Shown here piece after piece: positions 52,629 through 63,032 of a stretch of 64,000 nt of DNA. The translations under genes and the position numbers were made by a program. The notes beneath the pieces are model-generated. The model did no database searches, was not told the origin of the DNA, and saw only the letters and a list, made by a program, of their open reading frames with translations. How positions within the stretch are numbered: position 1 is the first letter of the stretch; every line of letters starts with the position of its first letter. The stretch spans positions 117,786 through 181,785 of the forward strand of contig CBDCFM010000015.1 in assembly GCA_965216035.1 (NCBI GenBank), given 5' to 3'. The stretch is from Terriglobia bacterium. GTDB taxonomy: Bacteria; Acidobacteriota; Terriglobia; 20CM-2-55-15.

Positions 52629-55010
52629 TCACGGAATTGTTGGAGCCGTCGTCGGGGCCACGGACAGCTCAAGAGGTTGCCCGTCTTGCCCCGTGAACCG
52701 GATCACTCCGGACGCGCGCTGGCCCGTGGACCCGCTGAAGAGAATGAACTGAGTCGTCCAGCCGCCGGAATCCACAAAATGGGGGAAGAACAGGCCGGAT
52801 GAGCTTCGGGCCACGTTTTCATCCGGCGGTGGGGTCGTCGTGACCAGAATGTCCTCGCGGGGGTTGATCGCCAGCCGAAGTCCGACGGCGGCGATGTCGG
52901 GCGCCGCGGAGGCAATCCTGAGAATTCCCGAGAACGGGGTGGTCAAGGCGGGGAAGAATTCGTCGATGAATCGGGCCACATGGCCCGATGCGGGAATGCG
53001 GAGCGACGCGGTGGATCCGGTCGCGGTTCCGTCCAGGTCCGTCAATTCGAGCGCGACCATCGTGAGCGCATCCGACGTGTTGGTCAGGGCGATGCCGCTT
53101 CGGACCGAATGGGGCTGGTCGGGTGTGCCGCTCGCCTCGACGTACAGGCGGAAGGCGGTGCCGGCGGTGGATGCCGGGACACCGGCTTCGGACACGGTCG
53201 TGCCGTCTTTCTGGAACGTGAAGATACTGACCCCTGATGGCGCGGGCTGTCCGGGGCCGGGCACCGCGCGGACCGATCCGACCCGCAGTGGACCGGCGGG
53301 ATTGGCAGTCCGGAGGCGCGTCGCACTGCGTGGGGGAGTCGCATAGGAGAAGGTCGATCCGTTCCTTCCATCGGCGAGCGTCAGAGTCGCCGGTGCCGCA
53401 GCTTCCGTCTCGCTGCCGGGTCCGAAGAACTGAACGCTTCCACTGATGGGGGCATGGGTGGGGTTGACGAGGATGACCTGGGTCGTCCAGCCGCCGCCGG
53501 CCGCAAAATGCGGAAAGTAGACCGTGTCGGCCGGGCCGGCCGTGAGCGGTGTGACGGGAAGCGTCGTCATCAGGAACTCGGAGCGCTCATTGACGAACCC
53601 GCGCAGCGCGATGACGGCGACCGGGAGGTTGGATGTGAAGGTGAAGGTGCCCTCGGTCGCGCTGCCGCCGTTAAAGGGACCTTCGTCGAGAAATCGTGAG
53701 ATCTGTTCCCGGGGCCCCAGCGTGAAGGTGCCGTGTCCGGAGTCGATGCCGGCACTGTCGGTGAAGAAGAACGCGACCGTGGCGGGGGCGTCGTTGGGGT
53801 TGGCCAGGGCGAGGCCGGTGCGGACGGGCCCGTCGGTCTCGGCAAAGATCCGTCCCTCGAGAACTGGGGCAGCGGCCGGGACGCCGGCTTCAGAGACGAG
53901 AATCCCGTTCAGCCGGGAACTGAATATGGCGAGTCCGACCGGCGGTGTCATTGCAGGATCGGTCTCCACCTGCCCATATCCAACACGGAGCGCAGGCGAT
54001 GCGCCCTGGGAGGTGAGGGAAATCCCGCCCCGGTCGGGGACGGAAAACGGCAGGACGGAGGCCGGGCCGGCCAGTGTCAACCCTTCGCTTGGCTCGGACC
54101 ATCGGCCCGTGCCTTCCTCGTTGCGCGCCCGCACCTGCACCTGGTAGAGCGTGGCCGCCTCGAGCCCCGTCAGGGTGGCGGTCCGGCCTGTTCCTTCGTG
54201 CGGCGCATTGATGAAGAACCCGCTCGTTCCTTCCCGGTATTGCACGTCATAATCGGTAATGGGGGGGCCGGGATTCTCCGGTTCGGCCCATTCCACCGTC
54301 AGGCTGGTATCGAGCGCGAGGGTCAAACGCGGTGCATCCGGTGTCCCCGGACTCTCCCTGCCCGCGTCGATGACCCGCACGGCGAACGCCTGCTCCACGG
54401 TCCGGTCCCGCGAGAGCGGGCCGCTGGCCACGCGCACCACGACGATGTATTCGTTGTCCCCGGCCCCACTGGGCGGAGCGGTGCTGAGGACATCGGCGGG
54501 CGCCTCGAAGTTCGGCGGCTCCCGGAAGCTGAGCACTCCGGTATGCGCGACGATGGAGAAGCGGTCCCCGTCGGCGCCCCCGGCAATCGCATAGCTCCGG
54601 ATCGCATCTCCCGGGTCCGTATCGACCGCCTCGATGCGGGCCACCCGCGGCTGATTCTCTTCGACCTCGAACGGCCCCGGAGTCGTGATCACCGGATCCG
54701 TGTTGACCGTCGGCCTCGCGGGGGGGGCACCCCCACCGCCTCCTCCTCCCCCGCCTCCGCCACCACCACCCGTGATGACTGCGGGTGCCGCTATCGCTGT
54801 CTCCGTCGAGCCCTTGCCCAGAGCGTTAACTGCCCGCGCCTCGAAGACGTACTCCCGGCCGTTGATGAGGTTCTCGACAGTGACTCCACGCGCCCGGGCT
54901 GCTGCGTTTTCCCAGTCATTCCACTCCTCCCCTTCGGCCCGATACCGGTATTCGTAGCGGACGATCAGATCGCCGCCGGTGTCCGCCGGGGTATTCCAGT
55001 TCAGCGTCAC
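52629..55010 (-). pseudogene. surface protein segment C (FN3, poly-Gly, cadherin-like, FN3, repeated beta-rich tail modules)
   Basis: The FN3 starts (GNGQ)VTLNWNTPADTGG. A run of 14 Gly residues follows, then a cadherin-like domain (VEENQPRVARIEAVDTDPGDAIRSYAIAGGADGDRFSI). The tail holds three modules with the FPHF(A/V)xGGGWTTQ motif. The upstream frame is continuous except for TAA at 55047-55049. Confidence 0.7.
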
Positions 55011-55046
55011 CTGGCCGTTGCCGGCGTGCGCCCTCAGACCGATCGA

Positions 55047-57518
55047 TTAGATCGGCACCGTCACCCCCGGCGGCGCTATACGGACTTCCAGAGCCGCGGC
55101 CTCGTTCGCTTTGTTGCCCACGACTGATGTCACTGCGTTCGCGGGCACCGTGATCGTGAGCGTGTAATTGTGGGCCACCCCTTCGGTCCTCGGGGTCACG
55201 GTGGTGGTGAAGATCCGGTCATCTGTGGTCTGTAATGCCGCAAAGCTTGGGTTGCAGAAAACCGGGTTGTTTGCATTATCCGTGCAGGCAGGTTCCTGCT
55301 GCGTTTCAATATCGCTGCGGGTGAAGCCTCTCACCGTCTCGGAAAAGCTGAGCCGCACCGTAAAGGGGCCCGCCACCGGTGGCGGCAGGTCGGTTGCCAT
55401 CTGAACCGTCAGCAGCGTGATGGTCATCCCCTCGCCAGACTCGGACCAGTCGCTTCTCCCCTCGTCGTTGGTGGCCCGCACCTGCACTTGGTAGGAGGTG
55501 TTGCCGGTCAGCCCGCCGATGGCGGCGCTGGTGCCGGTGACGTTCTGCGGGCCGTTGGTGAAGCTCCCGGTGGTGCCCTCGCGGTATTGCAGGTTGTAGT
55601 TGTCGATGTCAGGGCCGGTGTTCGCCGACGCGGTCCAACTCACGTCCAGGCTCGTGGTGGATCCCGAGGTCGCCGACACCATGGGCGCCGCCGGTCGCCC
55701 CGGGGGCTCGTTCACGTCCGTGACGGTGATCGTCACCGTGATGGTGGCGGTGCCGCCGTTGCTGTCGTCGGCCTTGACGTCGACGGTATAGGTGGACTTG
55801 GCTTCGTGGTAGTAGGTCACGCCCGTCTTGGTGCGGAGCTGGGCGGAGCCGGAGGTCGTGGCGAGGTCGAAGGAGGCTTGATCGGTGCCTTCGAGGGTGT
55901 AGGACAGCGTGTCGGAGCCGGCGTCGGTGGCGGTCAGGACGGCGCCGACATCGGTGCGGGCGGGGCTGTTCTCGGCCACGTTGCGCGTGGTGCTCGTGGA
56001 GGGAAACGTCGGCGTCTCATTGTCTTTGATGGTCCCCGTGGCCTCCCCGTCACCGATGCGGGCGTTCGACGCGTTGCGCAGGGTTACCGTGAAGTCCTCG
56101 TCAGTCTCGCCGAGCGAGTCGTAGGCCACTGTCACGTCGATGGTCTTGGATGTATCGCCGGCGGCGAAGGTCAGGATGCCGGAAGCCGCAGTGTAGTCCG
56201 AACCCGCCAAGGCCGTGCCGTTGGAGGTCGCGTAGTTCACGGTCACCGTTTCGCCGCTTGCCACGTCCAGCGTTACCGTGAATTCAGCCGTGCCGTCACC
56301 TTCGTCCACTGTCACGTCATTGATCGAGAGTTCAGGCTGAGGACTATCGTTGCGTACCGAGCGGCTGAAGAATCCGGGCGCATTGTTGCCCCACACATCC
56401 TTGAGCGCGTCCGTGCCCGGCGCGTAGCCGACCGTTACCGCCTGCGCATCGCCCACCGAAGCGGAGAGCGTGAGCGTCACCGTCGCGCCGTCCACCGCGA
56501 CGCCCGACACGGTCCGCACCGCCGACTGCACCCGTACCGCGAAATCGGTCGCCGCTGGCACCGAGTGTTCGTCCAGGTGCTCCGCGACGCCGGCCTTCAG
56601 CTCGAAACGAAGCACCAGTTCCGTGCCATCCACCGCCGCGCCTTCGGCGCCGGCCACCAGCGCCGGCCCGGTCGTGTCCGCCTCCGAGTCCGTGGTGTAT
56701 GCCCCGTGGCGGATGTTCACGTCCCGGGCGCTCGTGTCCCGGATGGTCCCGTCGTTCAGCACCAGCCCGGCATTGGTCAACAAGGTGACGCCGCTACCGA
56801 CGTTTCCGGGAATTTTGATCGGGTCCTCGGTACCTGGCACGTCCGCCGGCACCGTCCAGGTGAACACCAGATCCCGGGTGCCCGATCCGCTCGCATAGGC
56901 GGCGTCCTGCCGCCCCTGATCACTGGCGTTGAACTTCAATTGGGGAGTACCGGAGGCCGTGTCCACCGTGACGGCTTGCGAGAAGGTCACCGTGAACGCG
57001 ACCTCTTCGCCCGCCCCATAGACCGGGTGCCCCGTCAGGGTTTCGGACACATCCGGCGTCGAGGTCACGTCGATGTCCGTGATCCACCGCGTCCTGACAT
57101 CCAACTCGGTAAACATCAGGGCGTGCGAACGGTCCGCATTCACCGTCGTGCCCTTGTTGCGTATGGTCCCTCGGTTGAGCTGCAGAGAGTCGGCCCCGAC
57201 CCGCAAGCCGTCCGATGAGTCGTCAACGTCGCTCGTCACCGGAAGCTTGAAGACGAGCACTCTGTCAGTGCTGACGCCCGCGTCGTAGTCGGCGTAAATG
57301 AAGTGATAGTGGCCAATGAGCTGAGTAATTTTGATCCTCGGCGTACCGGTCACCGCCACATCTTTGTCGAACCTCACGCGCACCTTGATTACGTTGCCGA
57401 GGCGGCACACCCCAATCCGGTGGCGTACTGGCGAACCGGATGCTCGATATCGCCGCCGGATCCGTGTCGTCGTCCTCGATGGTGCCGGTCGCCGTCTTCT
57501 CGGTGCCAAGCGCGGCAT
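55047..57518 (-). pseudogene. surface protein segment B (Calx-beta, cadherin-like, FN3)
   Basis: The Calx-beta domain reads DVTVDEGDGTAEFTVTLDVASGETVTVNYATSNGTALAGSDYTAASGILTFAAGDTSKTIDVTV...DEDFTVTL. The cadherin-like domain reads NVAENSPARTDVGAVLTATDAGSDTLSYTL...VTDVNEPP. An FN3 domain follows. The first ~35 codons of the ORF are out-of-frame read-through. Confidence 0.7.
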
Positions 57519-58326
57519 TCGACGACGGGTTCGACAGCGTCAGCGTGAAGGTCTCGTCGTCCTCGTCCACATTGTCGTTGCCTGTGGCAATGGAGATGGT
57601 GCCGGTGGTCTGCCCGGTGCTGATGGTCAGTGTCGCGCCGTTTGTCGGCGCCGTGTAGTCCGCCCCGTCTGGATCGGTGCTGTTCGCTGTGGCTGTGCCG
57701 TCCGTGGTGGCGTATTCCACCGTCACGTCGGACGCCGACGCCGGGTCGAGCGTCACGGTGAACTCGACGGGATTGCCCTCGGTGGCGCGAGCGTCGGCGA
57801 TGGTAAGAGTCGGCGTGCCGTCGTTGTCGGTGAGGGTCCCGGTGCCGCTTTCATCGAGGCCGGTCTGGAAGTCGATGAAGATGCGCCCGCTGCCTTCATG
57901 ATGGCCAGCGACGCTGTGGGTGTCATCGTCCGTCGTGTCGATGTCGATGCCCTTGAGGGTGAGCTTGATCTCCTTGCTGGAATCGGCATCCTCCGTGCAC
58001 AGGACTCTCTCCCCGGTTCCAGGGGTTTCGCTGCAGACGGCGGTTTGCTGGGCCTCTGTATTCCTGGCGCCGATAATCAACACGGCGGCCAGGCACAGGA
58101 CGGCTATTGAGATCCGCGCACATCGCGTACCCAGGCGGAACGCCGGGATGAAGAAAGCGAGATTCAGTACAAACCTTCCATAACTCAAGAGCCGCAAGAT
58201 CCTCTGTGGGGTTGCCGGCTTATTGCTCCGCTCGGCCCCCAGGGCGCAACCGTGCTTGAACGCGGCCTGCCGCCCATCGGGCCGGCGCACTGTGGCAGCG
58301 GTCGGTGGCGCCGGAGAGGTCCACAC
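57265..58326 (-). pseudogene. surface protein segment A (signal/anchor region + Calx-beta)
   Basis: A hydrophobic leader (RISIAVLCLAAVLIIGARNTEAQ) precedes a Calx-beta domain (IADARATEGNPVEFTVTLDPASASDVTVEYATTDGTA...DYTAP...DDETFTLTL). The frame switches to segment B at a CCCC run near 57410-57413. Confidence 0.65.
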
Positions 58327-58614
58327 CTTGAAAGGTTTCTTTCCGTTAGCCGTAAAAGCTTAGTGTTTTCAATGCCTTCCAGTCACTACCAGGATTGGCA
58401 GGATTTGAAGAAATGTGGCAGTTTTTTGAGAAAAAGAAGGGGGCAAGCATCCGGACTGCCGACCGAACGCGGCGACCGACAGTACCCACCGCACCCCAAC
58501 CCCGTTGGATGCGGTGTTGCGGATGGTGGAATTGAACCATGTTGCCAAAAAGCTTTCTGCGGGCTGATTCACTGGCGCCGGGGTACGCCGACCGTCCTCA
58601 TGGCGCGGGGCATC

Positions 58615-59097
58615 CTAATGTTCCACCGGCACGACGGGCAGTGTCGTAAAGATGCGGTTGATGAGATCATTGACCGCCGGGTCAAAAATCGTTGAGATAT
58701 TGAAACCGTTCTGTTGTCCGGGCGTCGGCGCGCGGAACCCGCTGCTCACGCTGGCCCGCATGAAGGCGTAGCGGGCGGAGAGTTTCCCGTTGATCGTTGG
58801 GCCGAAGTCGCCGAAGTGCTCGAAGCGCACCGCGCCGCCGAGCCTCCATCGGTCGTCGACATCGTTGAATTCGAGGTCGGCATAGGTGGCGACGTTCCCC
58901 CGCCCCCAGGTGCCCGCGGCCTCAACCTGCAGGTCGTCGGGCGACAGGTTCATGGCCCGGATTTCCTCGACCGGCATGTCGAGGGCGCGGCTCAGCTCCG
59001 CGTACTGCGCGTCGGTGAGATCATCCTGTGCGATCGCCGGTATCGTCAGGGCAATGAGGATCAGCACGGTGGTGGCAACAACCCTGGATTGGATCAT
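58615..59097 (-). CDS. signal peptide + TonB-dependent-receptor barrel fragment (gene remnant or small chimeric ORF)
   Basis: An AAGGAGG RBS lies before ATG 59097 and the leader is MIQSRVVATTVLILIALTIPAIAQ. The segment LGGAVRFEHFGDFGPTINGKLSARYAF...SSGFRAPTPGQQ parallels residues of the adjacent full receptor (VGGAVRFEHFDLFGATTNGKLSGRYRF...GSGFRAPTVGQQ). Confidence 0.5.
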   Translation of the reverse strand: MIQSRVVATTVLILIALTIPAIAQDDLTDAQYAELSRALDMPVEEIRAMNLSPDDLQVEAAGTWGRGNVATYADLEFNDVDDRWRLGGAVRFEHFGDFGPTINGKLSARYAFMRASVSSGFRAPTPGQQNGFNISTIFDPAVNDLINRIFTTLPVVPVEH

Positions 59098-59385
59098 ATG
59101 AAAGTTCCTCCTTAAATTATGGTTATGTCTTCCGCCGATGCCGTCATCTGTCTTGCCCATACGCCGAACTGTAGAGCCCGTGTCGGGTCCGTGTTGATGA
59201 CACTGTATGGGAAACTGCGAGTGCGGGCGCCTGAGAGGAACCCATGCGACGGTCCTTATGCGGCCCAACACGGTTAACGTGACAATGCCATCCGAACAGT
59301 GTTGTAGAAAAGATCCTTTGTACACGCACCTCCGTTCGCTGATCGCGAAGCAAATTCGAGCGGACTTCATGGGCCAGGTATTCGG

Positions 59386-62358
59386 TCATCGTGTGCCCAG
59401 GCCCGTGCCGAAGGAATAACTGAGCCGGGCATAGTAGTAGGCGCCGTTGAAGCCCCACGGCGTGAACGGGCTGTAGGGCATGCCGAAGAAACGCATGGTG
59501 ATCGGCGCACCTCCGATGTCGGTGAAGGCGGTCTTATACTCGTCCGAGAATGTGTTGAAGACGTTCTGTCCGCCGAGTGCCAGCGTGACCCTTTCGGCGA
59601 GTGCCAGGGAAACCTCGAGATCGACAATCGGCTTGCCACCGAAGACGGGGGCGGCCTCGCCCCGCCCGAGTAACTTTGCGTCCCAGGAGTCTATCCATGA
59701 TCCGTAGTAGTTCAGGCGGCCGAGGATACTCGCCCGGCCGGCGCGCTGTGTGACACTGACGTTCCAGCGGGTGTCCGGCACGTAATGCTCCAGGGCGACG
59801 ATGTCGCCTTCACCGAGCAGGGCCGTCTCACCCGTCACCTCGGTATCGGTGTAGTTGTAGACGGCGCTGAACACCGTATTCCCGCCGAGGGCAGGCGGCG
59901 TCCAGGTCGAAACCAGGTCGATCCCCCGTGTTCGGGTTGAAAAATCGTTCGTGAAGAAGTTAAACGAGGTCAGGGTGCTGGCGCCCTGGACGCCCGCCCT
60001 TTCGACCTGGGCGGCCTCGTCCGCTGTGAGGGTGAAGTCCCGCGTCAGCGTGAGGCGGTCATCGACGTCGATGTGAAAGTAGTCGGCGGTGAGGGTGAAC
60101 GCCCCGGTATCGATGATCATGCCAATGGTGTAGTTGACCGATGTCTCCGGCTTGAGTGCCTGTCCGCCCTTCAGCATCGCCACCGCGGAGTTCGACTGAA
60201 TGGTGCCTCTATCGACCAGATTCCCGTTCGCGTCGAGCGTGGTCTGTACGTTCTGCGCATATTGCTGCCCGACCGTCGGTGCGCGAAACCCACTGCCCAC
60301 ACTGCCGCGCAGGGCGACGGCAGGAGCGAACCGGTAGCGGCCGGAGAGCTTCCCGTTCGTCGTGGCGCCGAAGAGATCGAAGTGCTCGAACCGGACGGCA
60401 CCGCCGACGGTCCATGCACCATCCAGGTCGCCTAGCTCAAGGTCTCCGTAGACCGCGCGGCTGTTGCGGCTCCACCCTCCCGACCACGCCTGGCTGAAAC
60501 CGGGAAAGCCGTTGGACCCGGATGTGAAGCCCTGGCTCGCATAGGGGCCTATTGCGTACGATGCCCGGTCACCTTCCCCGATCTCAAACCGCTCATGACG
60601 CCACTCGGTACCCGCGGCGATGTTTAACCGGTCAGTAGCGGCATAGGAAACGTCGAAGTTGAAGCCCAGTTCTGCCTGCCGTAAGAGGCCGGGGTCGAAT
60701 TCGGTCGGGCTCTCCAGCCCGAGCGAGGCGTTGACCGTGTCCCGCAGGAAGAAATCAGTCTGATGGGCTCCGTAGCTGGTGCTCACATCCCAGGTGAGGC
60801 CGGCCGTCGTGAATCCACGCAGACCGGCGACCACCGACCCGTCGGTCACTGTGCCGCTGAACCCTGGCGTGAAGCCACCCGGAAACCGCTGTGCAAAGGC
60901 AAAGCAGTTCTGGTTCTGGTTCAGCCGGTCGAGGGCCGATGGATCCGGCACACTGTCGACGATCGGAACCGCGGGGCAGTCTGCGGAACCCTGCCCTCCC
61001 GCCTGGATCCGGTCGCCGACCCGCAGTCGCTCGCCGTCGCCAAAGAGCGCATTATCGGTGGGGTTCCGATAGAAGAAGTTTCCCCTCACCTTCCGCCCGG
61101 CGTAGTTGGTGTGGCCGTAGAACTGCAGGCCGTTCGCGACCAGGTGGCCGAAGTTACCGAAAAACTTGAAGTTGTCGTCGACATCGGGCGCACCCCATGG
61201 CTGTGCCGGGCTAGCGACGGAGAGGTTGCCGGCGGCGATGAGTCCCGCTGCGTCGGCACGCTGAATGCTGACGTCAGTCCGATTCGTGTTGCCGTACTCA
61301 AGGCTCAAGTTGGCGAATCCGGCCGGGCCGATCGGCAACCCAACATTGCCGGCGAAGGTGTAGCTGCCGCCCCCTTCCTTGCCGTAGCTGCCGCTGTTGA
61401 TCTCGAAGCGGCCGCCCGAGTTGGCGTCCTTGAGCTGAAAGTTCATCACACCGGCGATGGCGTCCGAGCCGTACTGGGCCGACGCGCCATCACGCAGTAC
61501 CTCGACCTGCCGTAGCGCGATTGATGGGATGGTCGATATGTCCGGGCCGTGATTGCCGACCGTCGGTCCGAACTGCCAGGCGATGACTGACGAACGGTGG
61601 CGCCGCTTGCCGTTCACCAGGACCAGCGTGTGCTCCGGTGACAGGTTTCTCAGGCTCGCTGGCCGGACAATCGTCGCCGCATCGGCGATCGGGTGCACGG
61701 AGACGTTGTAGGAGGGAATGACTGTCCGTAACTGATCGCTCAGGTCGGTGTTGCCTTGACTAATGATTTCTTGGGGCGAGATGGCATCAACCGGCACCGT
61801 CGACTCGGTCGCCGACCGTGGCGCCGCACGCGTCCCAACCGTGATAGCCGTGGCGACCACGCCAATCTCAAGTGTAAAGTTCCGTAGGACCTGTTGGCCC
61901 GCATTCAGTGCGACATTGCTATCGATTCCAGTTTCAAAGCCGGCCAACTCCGCTGTGAGCGTGTAGAGCCCGGGTTGCAGCATGAACGCGTACTCGCCGA
62001 GCTGGTTCGTCAGACTCCGCGTGGCCATCCCGGTGCCGTTATGGGTCGCCGTGACTTCTGCGCCGGGAATTAATGCTCCGGTGATGTCGGTCACGGTTCC
62101 ACTCATTGTGGCATTCCCTTGGGCAAACGTGGCGGTGGATAAACCCAACAGCAATGGAACGCCCGCCACGATGACCGCCAAAAGTCCTCGAATAGCTTTC
62201 CGGATGGTAGCTATCCTCTCTGTACCGCCCCTGATTTCATGGGGATGTGTTGCAATTTTCGAAAAACAGCAAGAGAACGACGGGTCGGGTCGACCAGACT
62301 CCGCCTGATGTGGCCACCCCGAACAGCGTGTTGATGCACTGAATCTGTCACTGAACAT
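59386..62358 (-). CDS. TonB-dependent receptor with N-terminal carboxypeptidase-regulatory-like domain
   Basis: The CarboxypepD_reg-like domain reads MSGTVTDITGALIPGAEVTATHNGTG...YTLTAELAGF. The plug reads VPVDAISPQEI...LRNLSPEHTLVLVNGKRR, followed by a long beta-barrel. It ends ...YYARLSYSF plus 7 extra residues. The true start is probably internal and non-ATG, near the leader RGLLAVIVAGVPLLLGLSTATFAQ. Confidence 0.88.
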   Translation of the reverse strand: MFSDRFSASTRCSGWPHQAESGRPDPSFSCCFSKIATHPHEIRGGTERIATIRKAIRGLLAVIVAGVPLLLGLSTATFAQGNATMSGTVTDITGALIPGAEVTATHNGTGMATRSLTNQLGEYAFMLQPGLYTLTAELAGFETGIDSNVALNAGQQVLRNFTLEIGVVATAITVGTRAAPRSATESTVPVDAISPQEIISQGNTDLSDQLRTVIPSYNVSVHPIADAATIVRPASLRNLSPEHTLVLVNGKRRHRSSVIAWQFGPTVGNHGPDISTIPSIALRQVEVLRDGASAQYGSDAIAGVMNFQLKDANSGGRFEINSGSYGKEGGGSYTFAGNVGLPIGPAGFANLSLEYGNTNRTDVSIQRADAAGLIAAGNLSVASPAQPWGAPDVDDNFKFFGNFGHLVANGLQFYGHTNYAGRKVRGNFFYRNPTDNALFGDGERLRVGDRIQAGGQGSADCPAVPIVDSVPDPSALDRLNQNQNCFAFAQRFPGGFTPGFSGTVTDGSVVAGLRGFTTAGLTWDVSTSYGAHQTDFFLRDTVNASLGLESPTEFDPGLLRQAELGFNFDVSYAATDRLNIAAGTEWRHERFEIGEGDRASYAIGPYASQGFTSGSNGFPGFSQAWSGGWSRNSRAVYGDLELGDLDGAWTVGGAVRFEHFDLFGATTNGKLSGRYRFAPAVALRGSVGSGFRAPTVGQQYAQNVQTTLDANGNLVDRGTIQSNSAVAMLKGGQALKPETSVNYTIGMIIDTGAFTLTADYFHIDVDDRLTLTRDFTLTADEAAQVERAGVQGASTLTSFNFFTNDFSTRTRGIDLVSTWTPPALGGNTVFSAVYNYTDTEVTGETALLGEGDIVALEHYVPDTRWNVSVTQRAGRASILGRLNYYGSWIDSWDAKLLGRGEAAPVFGGKPIVDLEVSLALAERVTLALGGQNVFNTFSDEYKTAFTDIGGAPITMRFFGMPYSPFTPWGFNGAYYYARLSYSFGTGLGTR

Positions 62359-62447
62359 CGGAACGACTCCCCCGCAGCGCCTGCCCTTTCCGGCTCCGTC
62401 CCGGGCGAGCCCGATATCGATTGGAGCCGATGAGCGATGGCTGCTGA

Positions 62448-62903
62448 CTAGAAGATGCGGTCGAGAAGGGTCGCGCTCAGTTCCTGCGCCCGCGCGATTT
62501 GGTCTGGGGTCATGCGCGTCCCGAGATTATTTTTACTCTCGATGGCCGATTCGTGCCCTTGCTCGGCGGCAAGATTCAACCAGGCATAGCCAAGCACATA
62601 ATCCTCCGGGAGACCATCACCGGTGCCGTACATGAGGCCGATGATGTATTGGGCATCGGCGTTCCCCTGCTCGGCGGCCAGGCGGTACCACCGCACGGCC
62701 TCGGCATCGTCCTTGAGGACGCCTTCGCCATCACGGTACATGAGTCCGAGGGCGAACTGTGCCCTGGCGTCACCCTGCTCGGCGGCGAGACGGGTTGCAG
62801 TGATCAAGTCCGGGGCCTGCCCGATCGCCCAAGGCGCGATTAGCGTCAAGGCCAGCACGGAGACGGCAAGTGTCGTTCGTATGCTTGTTGGCCGCTGTTC
62901 CAT
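62448..62903 (-). CDS. Sel1-repeat (SLR/TPR-like) secreted protein
   Basis: Has a signal peptide and three Sel1 repeats (AEQGDARAQFALGLMYRDGEGVLKDDAEAVRWYRLAAEQGNADAQYIIGLMYGTGDG...). Confidence 0.85.
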   Translation of the reverse strand: MEQRPTSIRTTLAVSVLALTLIAPWAIGQAPDLITATRLAAEQGDARAQFALGLMYRDGEGVLKDDAEAVRWYRLAAEQGNADAQYIIGLMYGTGDGLPEDYVLGYAWLNLAAEQGHESAIESKNNLGTRMTPDQIARAQELSATLLDRIF

Positions 62904-63032
62904 TTCAACCTCCGATCCGCGTCACTGGGGAGTGGATTGATGCTTGATGAATCCTTCCGTCGCCACCTTGAGTCTGGCTATGCGCCATAACCCATTATCG
63001 CCAAGTCCCTTCGCTGTCTGCACCAGAACCCC

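Noticed and set aside
47258-55049. Stop-codon reassignment or programmed read-through as an explanation for the in-frame TAG (ardC) and TAA (adhesin)
   Set aside because: TAG and TAA terminate many well-delimited genes here, for example fliG TAG at 1240-1242 and fliI TAA at 3160-3162. Ordinary nonsense mutations or base errors are far more likely.
53733-57218. Long plus-strand ORFs (464 aa and 576 aa) opposite the adhesin
   Set aside because: These are shadow ORFs. They are Arg/Gly/Val-rich with no recognisable domains, whereas the minus strand encodes clear Calx-beta/cadherin/FN3 domains.
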